From the NCBI GenBank assembly GCA_913053845.1, contig CAJXGD010000007.1:382-64381 (forward strand): a stretch of 64,000 nt of DNA, written 5' to 3'. The translations under genes were made by a program, and so were the position numbers. The notes below the pieces were generated by a model, which was not told the DNA's origin, did no database searches, and saw only the letters and a program-made list of their open reading frames with translations. Of the stretch, positions 10,123-18,658 are shown piece after piece. Every line of letters begins with the position of its first letter. Position 1 is the stretch's first letter. The stretch comes from an uncultured bacterium. Its GTDB lineage: Bacteria > Bipolaricaulota > Bipolaricaulia > RBG-16-55-9 > DRJF01.

Positions 10123-12558
10123 GTGACCCTAACTCCCATGAGGTATCTAAGCAAAGTTATCGTCCTGACGCTGCTAGTCTTTATCGCCGTCGGCCAGGCC
10201 GCCGGGGCCGCACCGCTCAGCAGGTTGCTGCAATTGGCCGGTCAAGATGCGCTGCCGGAGGTGCGCCAGGCCGCAGCGCTGGCGCTCACCCCCGCCCTGG
10301 TCGCCTCCGCCGCTTGGAGCAACGATGATCTGGGCCAGCTTGCTCGGCAAGGCGCCTCCGGCGAGCTGCGCGCTGCCGCCGCCCGCGCCCTGGGCCAAAG
10401 ATTGACAGAGCGAGCCGGCAGCCTGACCCAACTGGAAAAGCTGGCCGCCTCCGGCCGCTTCCCCGAAGTGCGGGCCGCAGCCGCCCAAACCCTGCGCAAA
10501 TCCCTGTTGCAAAGCGATCTTTCTCTCGATGCTCTGAGTCGGCTGGCCCGGCAGGGTGCCTCTCCTGAGCTGCGCCGCGCCGCCGTACCGGCCCTGGCAC
10601 GCGGCTTGACTGACTCCCCTGGGCACACGACCGCCGAGTTGCTCCATGAAGCAAGTTTGGGCGACTCGACCGCCTATCGGCTGGCCGCAGCTCAGGCGTT
10701 GGCCGCCAGGCTGACCGACTCGGCGCTTCATACGCTCAGCCAGGTGGAGCTACTGGCCATCAGCAGCGGCCAAAAGGTCAATTTGCCCCAACGGATTGAA
10801 GGCGCCAACGCCCAGTTGCGCGCCGCCGCTGCCGGACTCTTTCAGGCCAAACTCGGGCAGGCCAGTTGGAGCCTGGAGGCCCTGGAAGCGCTAGCCGCCG
10901 ACGAGAGCGCAGCGCCCGAACTGCGCCAGGCTGCCGGTCTGGTGCTCTCCCAGCGGCTCTTGCAGGCCAATCTGCCCCTGGCCGAGTTGGAGCAGATTGC
11001 CCTCGATGCGACGCCCCAGCTACGCGCGGCCACTCAGGAGGCACTGGTGCAGGCGCTGGTCGGCGCGGTCGGTCGGCGAGCCCTGACCTTGCAGATGCTG
11101 ACCGAATCGGTGGCCAAAGCGCCAAGTAAGGAGTTGGCCGAAGCGGAGGCTAACGCCGTATTTATCCTGCTGCGCGCGGCGCTGGTCGCCCCGGCGGCCC
11201 AAGTGAGCATAGAGGCCATCGCCAACGGTGAGTCGGTTCAGATAAACGGCCTTCAGATAGACGGCTCCTTGCTCGCTTTCCGCCGGGTGGCCGGGGAGTT
11301 TCTCACCGGGATTTATACCTTCTTCGGCTTCGGCGGCCGCCTGAGCAACCCGCTGGAGCAACTGAGCGCGATCGCCGGTAATCCCAGGCTTTCCGAGGAG
11401 TTTCGCGCCGCCGCCGGGCGGGCACTGGTGCAGGTTTACTCGGCCCAGCGCGGCCGAGCTTTGCAAGATCTGGCGCAACTGAGCGCCTGGCTGGAGCAGC
11501 TTGGCCAAGAGCTCACTCAGGGACAGCCAGATCAGGCCCAGGACACGCTGGGGCACGTCAAGAACCTGTTGGCTGCCGAGCGCTCGCTGCTCCAACTGAC
11601 CGCCGAAGTCGGCGGCCAACTCACCGCCAGTCAACTATTAGCTGAGGCAATCCCCAAGCAGGTGGCCCGCCTGGAGCAGGCAGTTAAGCAAGGAAGCCTG
11701 CTGCTGGCGCGCTCCAGCATCGGCCAGATCGAGCGGGATTTTCAACCGCTCCGGGGAGGCTTGGAGCGGGCGCCCGATCTGAGCCTGGCTGAGCTGGAGC
11801 AGATCGCCGCCCAGGGCGCGACGGCCGAGCTGCGTCAGGCGGCCGGCGAGGCTCTCTCGGAGCGCTTCCTGCGCGACTCGCCCGGCCTAAGCGCGCTAGA
11901 GCAACTGGCGCTCTCCGCCGGGTCAAGCGAGCTGCGCCAGGCGGCGGTGGCAGCGCTGACTCTCGCATTGAGCACGGCCCAACCGGATCTCGATCGGCTC
12001 TATCGCCAGGCTTTGCAGGGCGCGACGGCCGAGCTGCGCCAGGCGGCCGCCCAAGCGCTGCTGCGCTCGCCGGCGCTGACCAGGCTCTCTCTGACCCAAC
12101 TGCAAGCGCTGGCCGATGGCGCCTCGGTCCAGATCGGCCAATTGACCATTGACGGCGGCAATACAGAGTTGCGTCAGGCCTTCGCTGAGGCACTGGGGCA
12201 GCTTTGGCTCTCCGGCGCCGAGCCGGAGCAGAAGCTTGAGCAGTGGGCGGTGCAAGGGGCCACGCCCCAGTTGCGCCAGGTGGCGGCCCAGGCCCTGGCA
12301 CTCCGCTTCGCCCGGCCGGAGGGACCTACGCTGGATAGTCTATTAGCGCTGGCCGTCTCCGGGGCGAGTCATGAGCTGCGCCGGGCGGCGGCCGAAGCGC
12401 TCAGCCGGCGCCTGATCGCTTCCGACCTGAGCGAGAGCGATCTTTTCGCGCTGGTGGCCGAGCATACCCGCTTTTTCGGCGCTATCCCCCAGAGCAGCCC
12501 GGAGCTGAGCCGGGCACTGGCCCAGGCGCTGGCTAACCGTTTGGCCAATGCCCCTTGA
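10123..12558 (+). CDS. Signal-anchored HEAT-like (PBS-lyase-type) repeat protein
   Basis: 811 aa with an N-terminal hydrophobic segment (YLSKVIVLTLLVFIAVGQAAGA). About 16 units of the type G(A/S)(S/T).ELR.AA..AL...L are present, for example GELRAAAARALGQRL, PELRRAAVPALARGL, AELRQAAGEALSERF and HELRRAAAEALSRRL. A central non-repeat coiled segment lies at about residues 440-560. Confidence 0.6.
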   Translation: MTLTPMRYLSKVIVLTLLVFIAVGQAAGAAPLSRLLQLAGQDALPEVRQAAALALTPALVASAAWSNDDLGQLARQGASGELRAAAARALGQRLTERAGSLTQLEKLAASGRFPEVRAAAAQTLRKSLLQSDLSLDALSRLARQGASPELRRAAVPALARGLTDSPGHTTAELLHEASLGDSTAYRLAAAQALAARLTDSALHTLSQVELLAISSGQKVNLPQRIEGANAQLRAAAAGLFQAKLGQASWSLEALEALAADESAAPELRQAAGLVLSQRLLQANLPLAELEQIALDATPQLRAATQEALVQALVGAVGRRALTLQMLTESVAKAPSKELAEAEANAVFILLRAALVAPAAQVSIEAIANGESVQINGLQIDGSLLAFRRVAGEFLTGIYTFFGFGGRLSNPLEQLSAIAGNPRLSEEFRAAAGRALVQVYSAQRGRALQDLAQLSAWLEQLGQELTQGQPDQAQDTLGHVKNLLAAERSLLQLTAEVGGQLTASQLLAEAIPKQVARLEQAVKQGSLLLARSSIGQIERDFQPLRGGLERAPDLSLAELEQIAAQGATAELRQAAGEALSERFLRDSPGLSALEQLALSAGSSELRQAAVAALTLALSTAQPDLDRLYRQALQGATAELRQAAAQALLRSPALTRLSLTQLQALADGASVQIGQLTIDGGNTELRQAFAEALGQLWLSGAEPEQKLEQWAVQGATPQLRQVAAQALALRFARPEGPTLDSLLALAVSGASHELRRAAAEALSRRLIASDLSESDLFALVAEHTRFFGAIPQSSPELSRALAQALANRLANAP

Positions 12559-13345
12559 GCGCGCGCGGCTGATCGAGTCTGGCACGGGGGAGGCCGCCTG
12601 GAACATGGCACTGGACGAAGCGTTGCTGCGACTGCAATCTCAGCGATGTCAAGCCACCTTGCGCTTCTACGGCTGGACGGTGCCCACACTCTCCATCGGC
12701 TATTTTCAAAAGCACTCAAGCGTCGATCAGGAGGCCTGTCGCCGCAAGGGAGTAGCTTGGATTCGGCGACCCACCGGCGGGCGAGGGGTGCTGCACGATC
12801 GGGAGCTGACCTACAGCTTCACCTCTGGTCTGGACGGCCTGCCGCCGGGGGTCAACGGGGCGCACCGGCGGATCAGCAGTGCCCTGGCGCGCGGACTGCA
12901 CCGGCTGGGCTTCGAGGCGGAGCTGGCCCGCCACAGCGAGCGCGGCAGCTCGCAGGCCTGCTTCGACGCTCCCAGCTATTCGGAGTTAACTGTGCGGGGC
13001 AAAAAAGTCGTGGGCAGCGCTCAGACGCGCAGTCGCGCCGCGCTCCTGGAGCATGGCTCGATCCCACTGGAGTTGGATATCTCCCGACTGCTGACCTTGC
13101 TGAAGCTCGACGCACAGCGGCGCGGGCCACTGGTCGAGCGGCTAGAGCGCCGAGCGGCCGGCCTAAACCAACTGGGCCAGGGCACCGTCAAGATTGAGTT
13201 ACTCAAAGCGGCCATCGCCGGGGGCTTTGAAGAGGAGTTCGGCTTCGTCCTGGAGCCGGGAGAGCTCAGCCCGGAGGAACGCGCGTTGGCCAACGAGCTG
13301 CTGGCGACAAAATATCGCACGCTCGCTTGGAATCTGCGGCGCTGA
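12548..13345 (+). CDS. Lipoate-protein ligase / octanoyltransferase family protein (BPL_LplA_LipB domain)
   Basis: Blocks AWNMALDEALL, LRFYGWTVPTLSIGYFQ and RRPTGGRGVLHDRELTYS. It overlaps the previous gene by 11 nt. Confidence 0.8.
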   Translation: MPLERARLIESGTGEAAWNMALDEALLRLQSQRCQATLRFYGWTVPTLSIGYFQKHSSVDQEACRRKGVAWIRRPTGGRGVLHDRELTYSFTSGLDGLPPGVNGAHRRISSALARGLHRLGFEAELARHSERGSSQACFDAPSYSELTVRGKKVVGSAQTRSRAALLEHGSIPLELDISRLLTLLKLDAQRRGPLVERLERRAAGLNQLGQGTVKIELLKAAIAGGFEEEFGFVLEPGELSPEERALANELLATKYRTLAWNLRR

Positions 13346-13356
13346 ACCTCTAATTT

Positions 13357-13380
13357 CCCTCTCCCAAGCTTGGGAGAGGG
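13357..13380. terminator. Perfect 24-nt palindrome between convergent genes (bidirectional terminator candidate)
   Basis: CCCTCTCCCAAGCTTGGGAGAGGG read directly. No clear U-tract follows on either strand. Confidence 0.4.
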
Positions 13381-13398
13381 TCAGGGTGAGGGTTCAAC

Positions 13399-13587
13399 TT
13401 AACCGATCTTGGTAACCTTACCCGACTTGATGCAGCGCGTGCAGACGGTCAGGCGCACCCGCCGTCCTCCCTGCCGGGCCTTGACCTTTTGCAGGTTGGG
13501 CCGGCGAGCCCGCCGACTGCGGTTGCCCGCATGGCTCACCGTGTTGCCAAAATGAGTTCGTTTGCCACAAAGATCACAGACAGCCAT
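13399..13587 (-). CDS. rpmB: 50S ribosomal protein L28
   Basis: MAVCDLCGKRTHFGNTVSHAGNRSRRARRPNLQKVKA. ATG 13587 is preceded by GAGGTGA. Confidence 0.9.
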   Translation of the reverse strand: MAVCDLCGKRTHFGNTVSHAGNRSRRARRPNLQKVKARQGGRRVRLTVCTRCIKSGKVTKIG

Positions 13588-13589
13588 TT

Positions 13590-14564
13590 TCAATCACCTC
13601 GCTCTCTCCTGATCGCTTCCACCAGCGCGGGGATGACCTCGCGCAGGTCGCCGACTACCCCATAGTCGGCTCGCGCGAAGAAGGGCGCTTCAGGGTCCTT
13701 GTTGATCACCAGAATATTCTTGGCCCCCTTGCAGCCGACGACGTGCTGAATGGCGCCGGAGATGCCGCAGGCGATGTAGAGCTCCGGCGCTATCTGGGCG
13801 CCGGTTTGGCCGATCTGATCGGCATGGGGCCGCCAACCGTTGTTGGTGGCCACCCGTGAGCCGCCCACCGCGCCGCCCAGCAACTGGGCCAGCTCCTCCA
13901 GGCTCTTGAATCCTTCAGCGTTGCCTACCCCGCGTCCGCCGCCCACGACGACCTTGGCCTCGGCCAGGCTGACGCCCTCATGGGCACTCTCCTCCATCTT
14001 GCTCATCTGGATAATAAAGTCACGCTCCTCAAGCTGAGCTACGAACTGCTCAATCTGAAAACTCTCGGCCGGCTGCGGTTCGGGAGCGTTGACGTGCAGC
14101 GCTACGGTCAGCAACTTGGGCTCAGAGAGCAACCGAGCTTCTTCGAGTAGACTGCCGCCCCAGCGCAGGCGCGTCACGGTGAAGTCATCACCGGGATGGA
14201 CTTCGGTGCAGTTGGTCGCCAGTCCCAGTTGCAGCCGGGCGGCCAGGTAGGCCAGCAGCTCATTGCCCCGGTCCGTAGCTGCGGCCAACACCACCTGCGG
14301 CCGCTCCTGCTCTATTAATCGGGCCAGCACCCGCGCCTGGGCTTGCGGTGCCCAGCGGGCCAAGCGCTCATCGCCGGTCAGCCAGACCCGCGAGACGCCG
14401 TACTCCTTGAGCTGATCGGTCAATCCGGATGCTTCGGGCGCACCGGCCAGCAGGGCTGCCAGCGGTTGATCCATCTGCTGGGCCAGCCGGCGCCCCATGG
14501 TGAGCGCCTCCCAAACTGCATCGGTGACCTTGCCTCCCTGATCTTCTATCCAAACGACAATCAT
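13590..14564 (-). CDS. etfA: Electron transfer flavoprotein alpha subunit
   Basis: C-terminal FAD-binding block PELYIACGISGAIQHVVG; 324 aa; immediately downstream of etfB. Confidence 0.9.
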   Translation of the reverse strand: MIVVWIEDQGGKVTDAVWEALTMGRRLAQQMDQPLAALLAGAPEASGLTDQLKEYGVSRVWLTGDERLARWAPQAQARVLARLIEQERPQVVLAAATDRGNELLAYLAARLQLGLATNCTEVHPGDDFTVTRLRWGGSLLEEARLLSEPKLLTVALHVNAPEPQPAESFQIEQFVAQLEERDFIIQMSKMEESAHEGVSLAEAKVVVGGGRGVGNAEGFKSLEELAQLLGGAVGGSRVATNNGWRPHADQIGQTGAQIAPELYIACGISGAIQHVVGCKGAKNILVINKDPEAPFFARADYGVVGDLREVIPALVEAIRRERGD

Positions 14565-14566
14565 AT

Positions 14567-15328
14567 CTAGAGCACCCCCAGTTCTTTGAGCGCCGCGACG
14601 ATCTGGGGCACGGCGGCCGTGCCTTCGCCCAGCATCTGAATTTGGCCGCGTCCCTCCGGGGGCTTCTTCAGCCCCAGCTTGACCAACTGAGCCGCCGATT
14701 TCTCCGGTTTGAGGCGCACGATTTCCTTCTTTTTGGCGGTCATGATCCCGCGCAGTGAGGGGTGCCTGGGGCTATTGATGCCCTCTTTCACCGTGACCAC
14801 CGCTGGCAGCGTCAAGGGGTAGAGCTCCCAGCCGCCGGGAACCTCGCGCTTGGCCAGCGCACGCTCCGCCGACTCCAGCTCGAGCTGCTTGACGCTGGTC
14901 ACGCAGGGCCAGCCCAGTGCCTGGGCCACCCGCACACCCACTTGATAATTGCCTGCGTCAGCCGACTCATTGCCGAAGAGCACCAGGTCGAACGCTTCAT
15001 CCTCGATGGCGCTGACGATCGCCGTGGCGGTAGCTGCCGGGTCCCATTCGCCCCCATCGGTCTCGAGCAAGATGCCTCGCTCGATCCCCTTGGCCAACGC
15101 CTCGCGAATCTGCTCCCCGGCCGCCTCCGGTCCCAGAGAGAGCACGGTCGCCGAGCCCCCCTGAGCCTCCACCAGCCGAATGGCTTCCTCTACCGCGCAC
15201 TCCTCATGTGGGCTGACAGTGAACTCCAGATTGCGCGTGTCCAACTCCTGGCCATCGGCAGTGAGCTCCAGGCGGGCTCCGGTATCCGGCACGCGCTTGA
15301 TGCAGACTAACACCTGCAAACTGACCAC
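14567..15328 (-). CDS. etfB: Electron transfer flavoprotein beta subunit
   Basis: N-terminus VLVCIKRVPDTGARLEL; 253 aa; 2-nt gap to etfA. Confidence 0.9.
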   Translation of the reverse strand: MVSLQVLVCIKRVPDTGARLELTADGQELDTRNLEFTVSPHEECAVEEAIRLVEAQGGSATVLSLGPEAAGEQIREALAKGIERGILLETDGGEWDPAATATAIVSAIEDEAFDLVLFGNESADAGNYQVGVRVAQALGWPCVTSVKQLELESAERALAKREVPGGWELYPLTLPAVVTVKEGINSPRHPSLRGIMTAKKKEIVRLKPEKSAAQLVKLGLKKPPEGRGQIQMLGEGTAAVPQIVAALKELGVL

Positions 15329-15360
15329 CTCATTTCTTAATTAGCTTTAGGCTCTTCGGC

Positions 15361-16032
15361 CTAGGCCAAAGGCGCTCGCATATATAAGGGCTCCAGCGTC
15401 TCTCGCTGATCCTGCCCCTGCTCCCGGTAGGCTGCCAAACCCAAGCGCGCCACCTGCAAGCCTGAGGGCCAGTTCAGCCTGGCGGGTGCAACTATTTGGT
15501 CCCCCGCCTGCCCCTCGATCAGGGGGCGATGACGCTCCGCTCCGGGGCCGATCAACAGTGGAGGCTCTTTTGCTTGCTTCTCGCTCAGAGCGGCCAGCAA
15601 GCTGCCGATCGGCTGAGCGCCTCCTTCGGCCAACAACTCTCCTCCCCGGTAGCCGGCCCAATAGACCCAGTCGCGCCGGTCAGGCAACAGCGCATAGACC
15701 GGTCCGCTCCAAAGACAAACCGGCTGAGCGTAGGCCCAGAGCGTCGGCACGCCGACCAAGGGGATCTCCAGCGCTCGGGCCAGCCCCTTGGCCATCGCCA
15801 GACCGATGCGCAGGCCGGTAAAGGAGCCCGGCCCGGCCGAGACGGCGATCAATTCCAGTTGGCTGCGATCCACCTGGCCCCAGTTTAGGGCAGCGGTGAT
15901 AGCCTCCAGGAGCTTTTCGCCCTGCCGGCGCTCGGCGGCAAAGCCCAACTCCGTCAGGTCCCGACCGTTCCGGCAAAGCCCCACGGCGGCCTGCTCCCCG
16001 GCGGTCTCGATCCCCAGGGTGAGCATGGGCAA
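15361..16032 (-). CDS. tsaB: tRNA t6A37 biosynthesis protein TsaB
   Basis: MLTLGIETAGEQAAVGL and VSAGPGSFTGLRIGLAMAKGLA. Confidence 0.85.
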   Translation of the reverse strand: MPMLTLGIETAGEQAAVGLCRNGRDLTELGFAAERRQGEKLLEAITAALNWGQVDRSQLELIAVSAGPGSFTGLRIGLAMAKGLARALEIPLVGVPTLWAYAQPVCLWSGPVYALLPDRRDWVYWAGYRGGELLAEGGAQPIGSLLAALSEKQAKEPPLLIGPGAERHRPLIEGQAGDQIVAPARLNWPSGLQVARLGLAAYREQGQDQRETLEPLYMRAPLA

Positions 16033-16073
16033 AGTTTAGGAGAAGCGAGGGTGGTTTGCAACTTATTGTCACG

Positions 16074-16179
16074 CCCGCCCGGTGGCTAAAGCCACGGGCT
16101 ATCTTTACGAAGTCCCTAGGGGACTAGCCTGCGCTAGCAGGCTTTGCAACTCCCAGCCCGCCACTTCAGTGGCCGGGCT
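16074..16179. repeat. Array of four consecutive hairpins in the ribF-tsaB spacer
   Basis: Read directly: CCCGGTGGCTAAAGCCACGGG (about 16074-16099), AGTCCCTAGGGGACT (16111-16125), AGCCTGCGCTAGCAGGCT (16126-16143) and AGCCCGCCACTTCAGTGGCCGGGCT (16155-16179, spanning the ribF stop codon). Confidence 0.45.
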
Positions 16180-17122
16180 CGTTCGCCTCCTGAAAAAACC
16201 CCCGAATCTTCGCCAAATCTTCGCTCATCTGGTCCACCAATGCCTCGACCTGCTCAAAACGCCTGTCATCTCTGATCTTGGCCAGCAGCTTGACCTCAAG
16301 CTCGCGGCCGTAGAGATCACCCTCGAAATCCAGCAGGTGAACCTCCAGAGCGGCCGGCCGGCCATCGGCGGCGAAGCTGGGCCGCCGACCCACGTAAAAG
16401 GCCGCCGGCCACCAGCGCTGCTGCCAGTAAACCTGCGCGGCAAAGATGCCCTGCTCCGGGAGCACCAGCCGCGGATCAACGGCCAGATTGGCCGTGGGCG
16501 CGCCCAGCTGCCGGCCTCGCCCGGCGCCCCGCTCCACCCGGCCCCAAAGCCGCGGAGCATCACCCAAGAGGCGCGTGGCCAAAGCGATCTCACCTGCCTC
16601 GATCGCCCGACGGACGCGGGTGCTGCTCACCGGCTCGCCCTCCAGCAGGACCGGGGGGACCACATGGGCACTGAAGCCCAGCTCTGCCCCCAACTCCCGC
16701 AGGCGAGACAGATCGCCCCGGCGCTCGTGACCAAAGCGATAGTCCTCCCCGCTGACCACCGCGATGGCTCCCAGCCGATCGTGCAGGATCTGGCGGGCGA
16801 ATGCCGCCGGCGTCAGTGACTGGACCGTGGGAAAGTCTATCACCACCACCCGGTCGACATAATCCCGCAGCCGCTCGATCTTCCGTTCCGGAGGCAGGAT
16901 CAGCCGCTTGGGGCGGCCCAGATAGTTCTGTGGGGGCAGCTCGAAGGTGAGCGCCACGCTCTGGGCAGCGCGGGCCTGGGCCAGCTTAGCCGCCCGGCGG
17001 AGCAACGCCTGATGGCCCAGGTGCACCCCATCGAAGCTCCCGTTGACGATGACCGTCCGCTTGGCCTGGCGCTGCTCATCCGGCATGGTCCCCTTTGGCG
17101 ACCAAGCGCCGTCGTAGCTCAT
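16166..17122 (-). CDS. ribF: Bifunctional riboflavin kinase / FMN adenylyltransferase
   Basis: GSFDGVHLGHQ (nucleotidyltransferase) and GRQLGAPTANL (kinase half). An alternative start, MPDEQRQ at 17086, would shorten the overlap with nrnA. Confidence 0.9.
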   Translation of the reverse strand: MSYDGAWSPKGTMPDEQRQAKRTVIVNGSFDGVHLGHQALLRRAAKLAQARAAQSVALTFELPPQNYLGRPKRLILPPERKIERLRDYVDRVVVIDFPTVQSLTPAAFARQILHDRLGAIAVVSGEDYRFGHERRGDLSRLRELGAELGFSAHVVPPVLLEGEPVSSTRVRRAIEAGEIALATRLLGDAPRLWGRVERGAGRGRQLGAPTANLAVDPRLVLPEQGIFAAQVYWQQRWWPAAFYVGRRPSFAADGRPAALEVHLLDFEGDLYGRELEVKLLAKIRDDRRFEQVEALVDQMSEDLAKIRGFFQEANEPGH

Positions 17123-18080
17123 CCAGGACGCGCCGCTCGACCTCCTCTAGCTCCCCTTCGACCAAGCAGCCGGCCGCCTGGGCATGACCGCCACCGCCGA
17201 AGACGCGGGCGATCCCATTGACCGCAACATGATCCTTGGCCCGGAAGCTGACCTTGACCCGGCGGTGATTTAGCTCTTTGAAGAGCACCGCTACCCGGAT
17301 GCCGTCGGTGGCGCGCAACTCTTCGACCAAGCGCTCGGCATCGTTGGCCCCAGTGCCGGTGTCGTGAAAGATCTCCTGGGAGATGGAGCCCCAGATGATG
17401 CCATCATCAAATTGGGCCTCGGAGAGCACCCGCGCGATCAGGCGCAGCTCCCTGGGCCGGCGCCGCTCATAGAGCTGGATGGAGATCTCGCGCGAGTCGG
17501 CACCCTGCTCCAATAGTTGGGCCGCCACTTGCAGCACCGCGGAGCTAACGTTGGCGTTGCGAAAAGAGTCGGTATCGGCGACGATCCCGGCATAGAGGCA
17601 GTCGGCCAGCGGCGATGTGATGGTGAGTCCCAAGTGTCGGGCCAGCCGATAGAGTATCACGGTGGTGGAGGGCTGATCTTCGACGCAGTTGATCTGCCCG
17701 AAGCGTGGATTGCCCTGGTGATGGTCAATATTGATGATCATGGGGTGATCGGCCACCAGACGATGGACCTCCTCGCCTACCCGACTCAGGTCGCCGCAGT
17801 CGAGCACGAACCAAACATCTATCGGCGTGTTGACCAGCTCACGGGGCAGGACGACTTTGTTGCTCCCGGCCAGAAAGCGTAGGCTCTGCGGCACAGGGTC
17901 GCGACAGACCACAAACGCTTCCTTGCCCAAGGCCTCCAAGATGAGACGCAAGGCCAACTGGCTGCCCAGGGCATCTGCCTCGGGGCCGATATGTGAAGCG
18001 AGGGCAAAACTCTCGTTTCCGCGGATGACGGCGGCTATTTCATCGAAGACGGTCATCTTCGAATACTTCCTTTCTAGCAC
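17076..18080 (-). CDS. nrnA: DHH-family phosphoesterase (NrnA-like oligoribonuclease / pAp phosphatase)
   Basis: DHH motifs HIGPEADALGS, VLDCGD and NIDHHQGN, plus DHHA1 GGGGHAQAAG. Confidence 0.8.
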   Translation of the reverse strand: MLERKYSKMTVFDEIAAVIRGNESFALASHIGPEADALGSQLALRLILEALGKEAFVVCRDPVPQSLRFLAGSNKVVLPRELVNTPIDVWFVLDCGDLSRVGEEVHRLVADHPMIINIDHHQGNPRFGQINCVEDQPSTTVILYRLARHLGLTITSPLADCLYAGIVADTDSFRNANVSSAVLQVAAQLLEQGADSREISIQLYERRRPRELRLIARVLSEAQFDDGIIWGSISQEIFHDTGTGANDAERLVEELRATDGIRVAVLFKELNHRRVKVSFRAKDHVAVNGIARVFGGGGHAQAAGCLVEGELEEVERRVLDELRRRLVAKGDHAG

Positions 18081-18152
18081 TCTGCCTGAGAGACTGAGCG
18101 CTCTGCCTGACCGCTATTCTAGGGCAAGGCCAACGGCCCGTCAACCGGGCCG

Positions 18153-18599
18153 CTAAAAACCCACCAATATTCCCAGCGCTAACCCCGGATTGCCGATCCG
18201 AAGCCGGGGCAGGCTAGCCCAGAGTTGCAGCTCGGCGAAGAAGGTCCCGCTGGGCAGGGCCAGCTCGCTGCCCACCTTGAGCAGGGCCATCGCCCTCAGC
18301 AGCGTCGGTCCCTGTGGCTCCAGCCGCAGGATCGGCGCGATGCCGATGTAGGGAGTGATCAGCAGCAACGGTAAGCGCAGCTTAAAGCAGGGCACCAGCC
18401 AGGGAACCTGTCCCATCCGGGGCAGGTAATCGAGATCGAAACCCAGCAGCACCAAATCCAGGCTCAGGCGCACAAACGGCTCGGGAGGCTGGGCTACCAG
18501 CAGCCCGCCTCCCACCCGCACCAGCGCCAGGCCCGGCTGGACGATCAGAGCTAATAATACGAGCCAGATGATTCCGGTCGGCACGATGTGGTTTCTCAT
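18153..18599 (-). CDS. Hypothetical small membrane/envelope protein
   Basis: ORF 18153..18626. ATG 18599 is preceded by a GGGGGA Shine-Dalgarno. The protein has an N-terminal TM/signal segment, then alternating hydrophobic stretches, and ends ...GLALGILVGF. I recognise no family. Confidence 0.4.
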   Translation of the reverse strand: MRNHIVPTGIIWLVLLALIVQPGLALVRVGGGLLVAQPPEPFVRLSLDLVLLGFDLDYLPRMGQVPWLVPCFKLRLPLLLITPYIGIAPILRLEPQGPTLLRAMALLKVGSELALPSGTFFAELQLWASLPRLRIGNPGLALGILVGF

Positions 18600-18658
18600 T
18601 TGCTTCCCCCTTTCTTTCTTGATCATAACGCAAACGTCTGTAGGAGCGAAGGCCGGGT

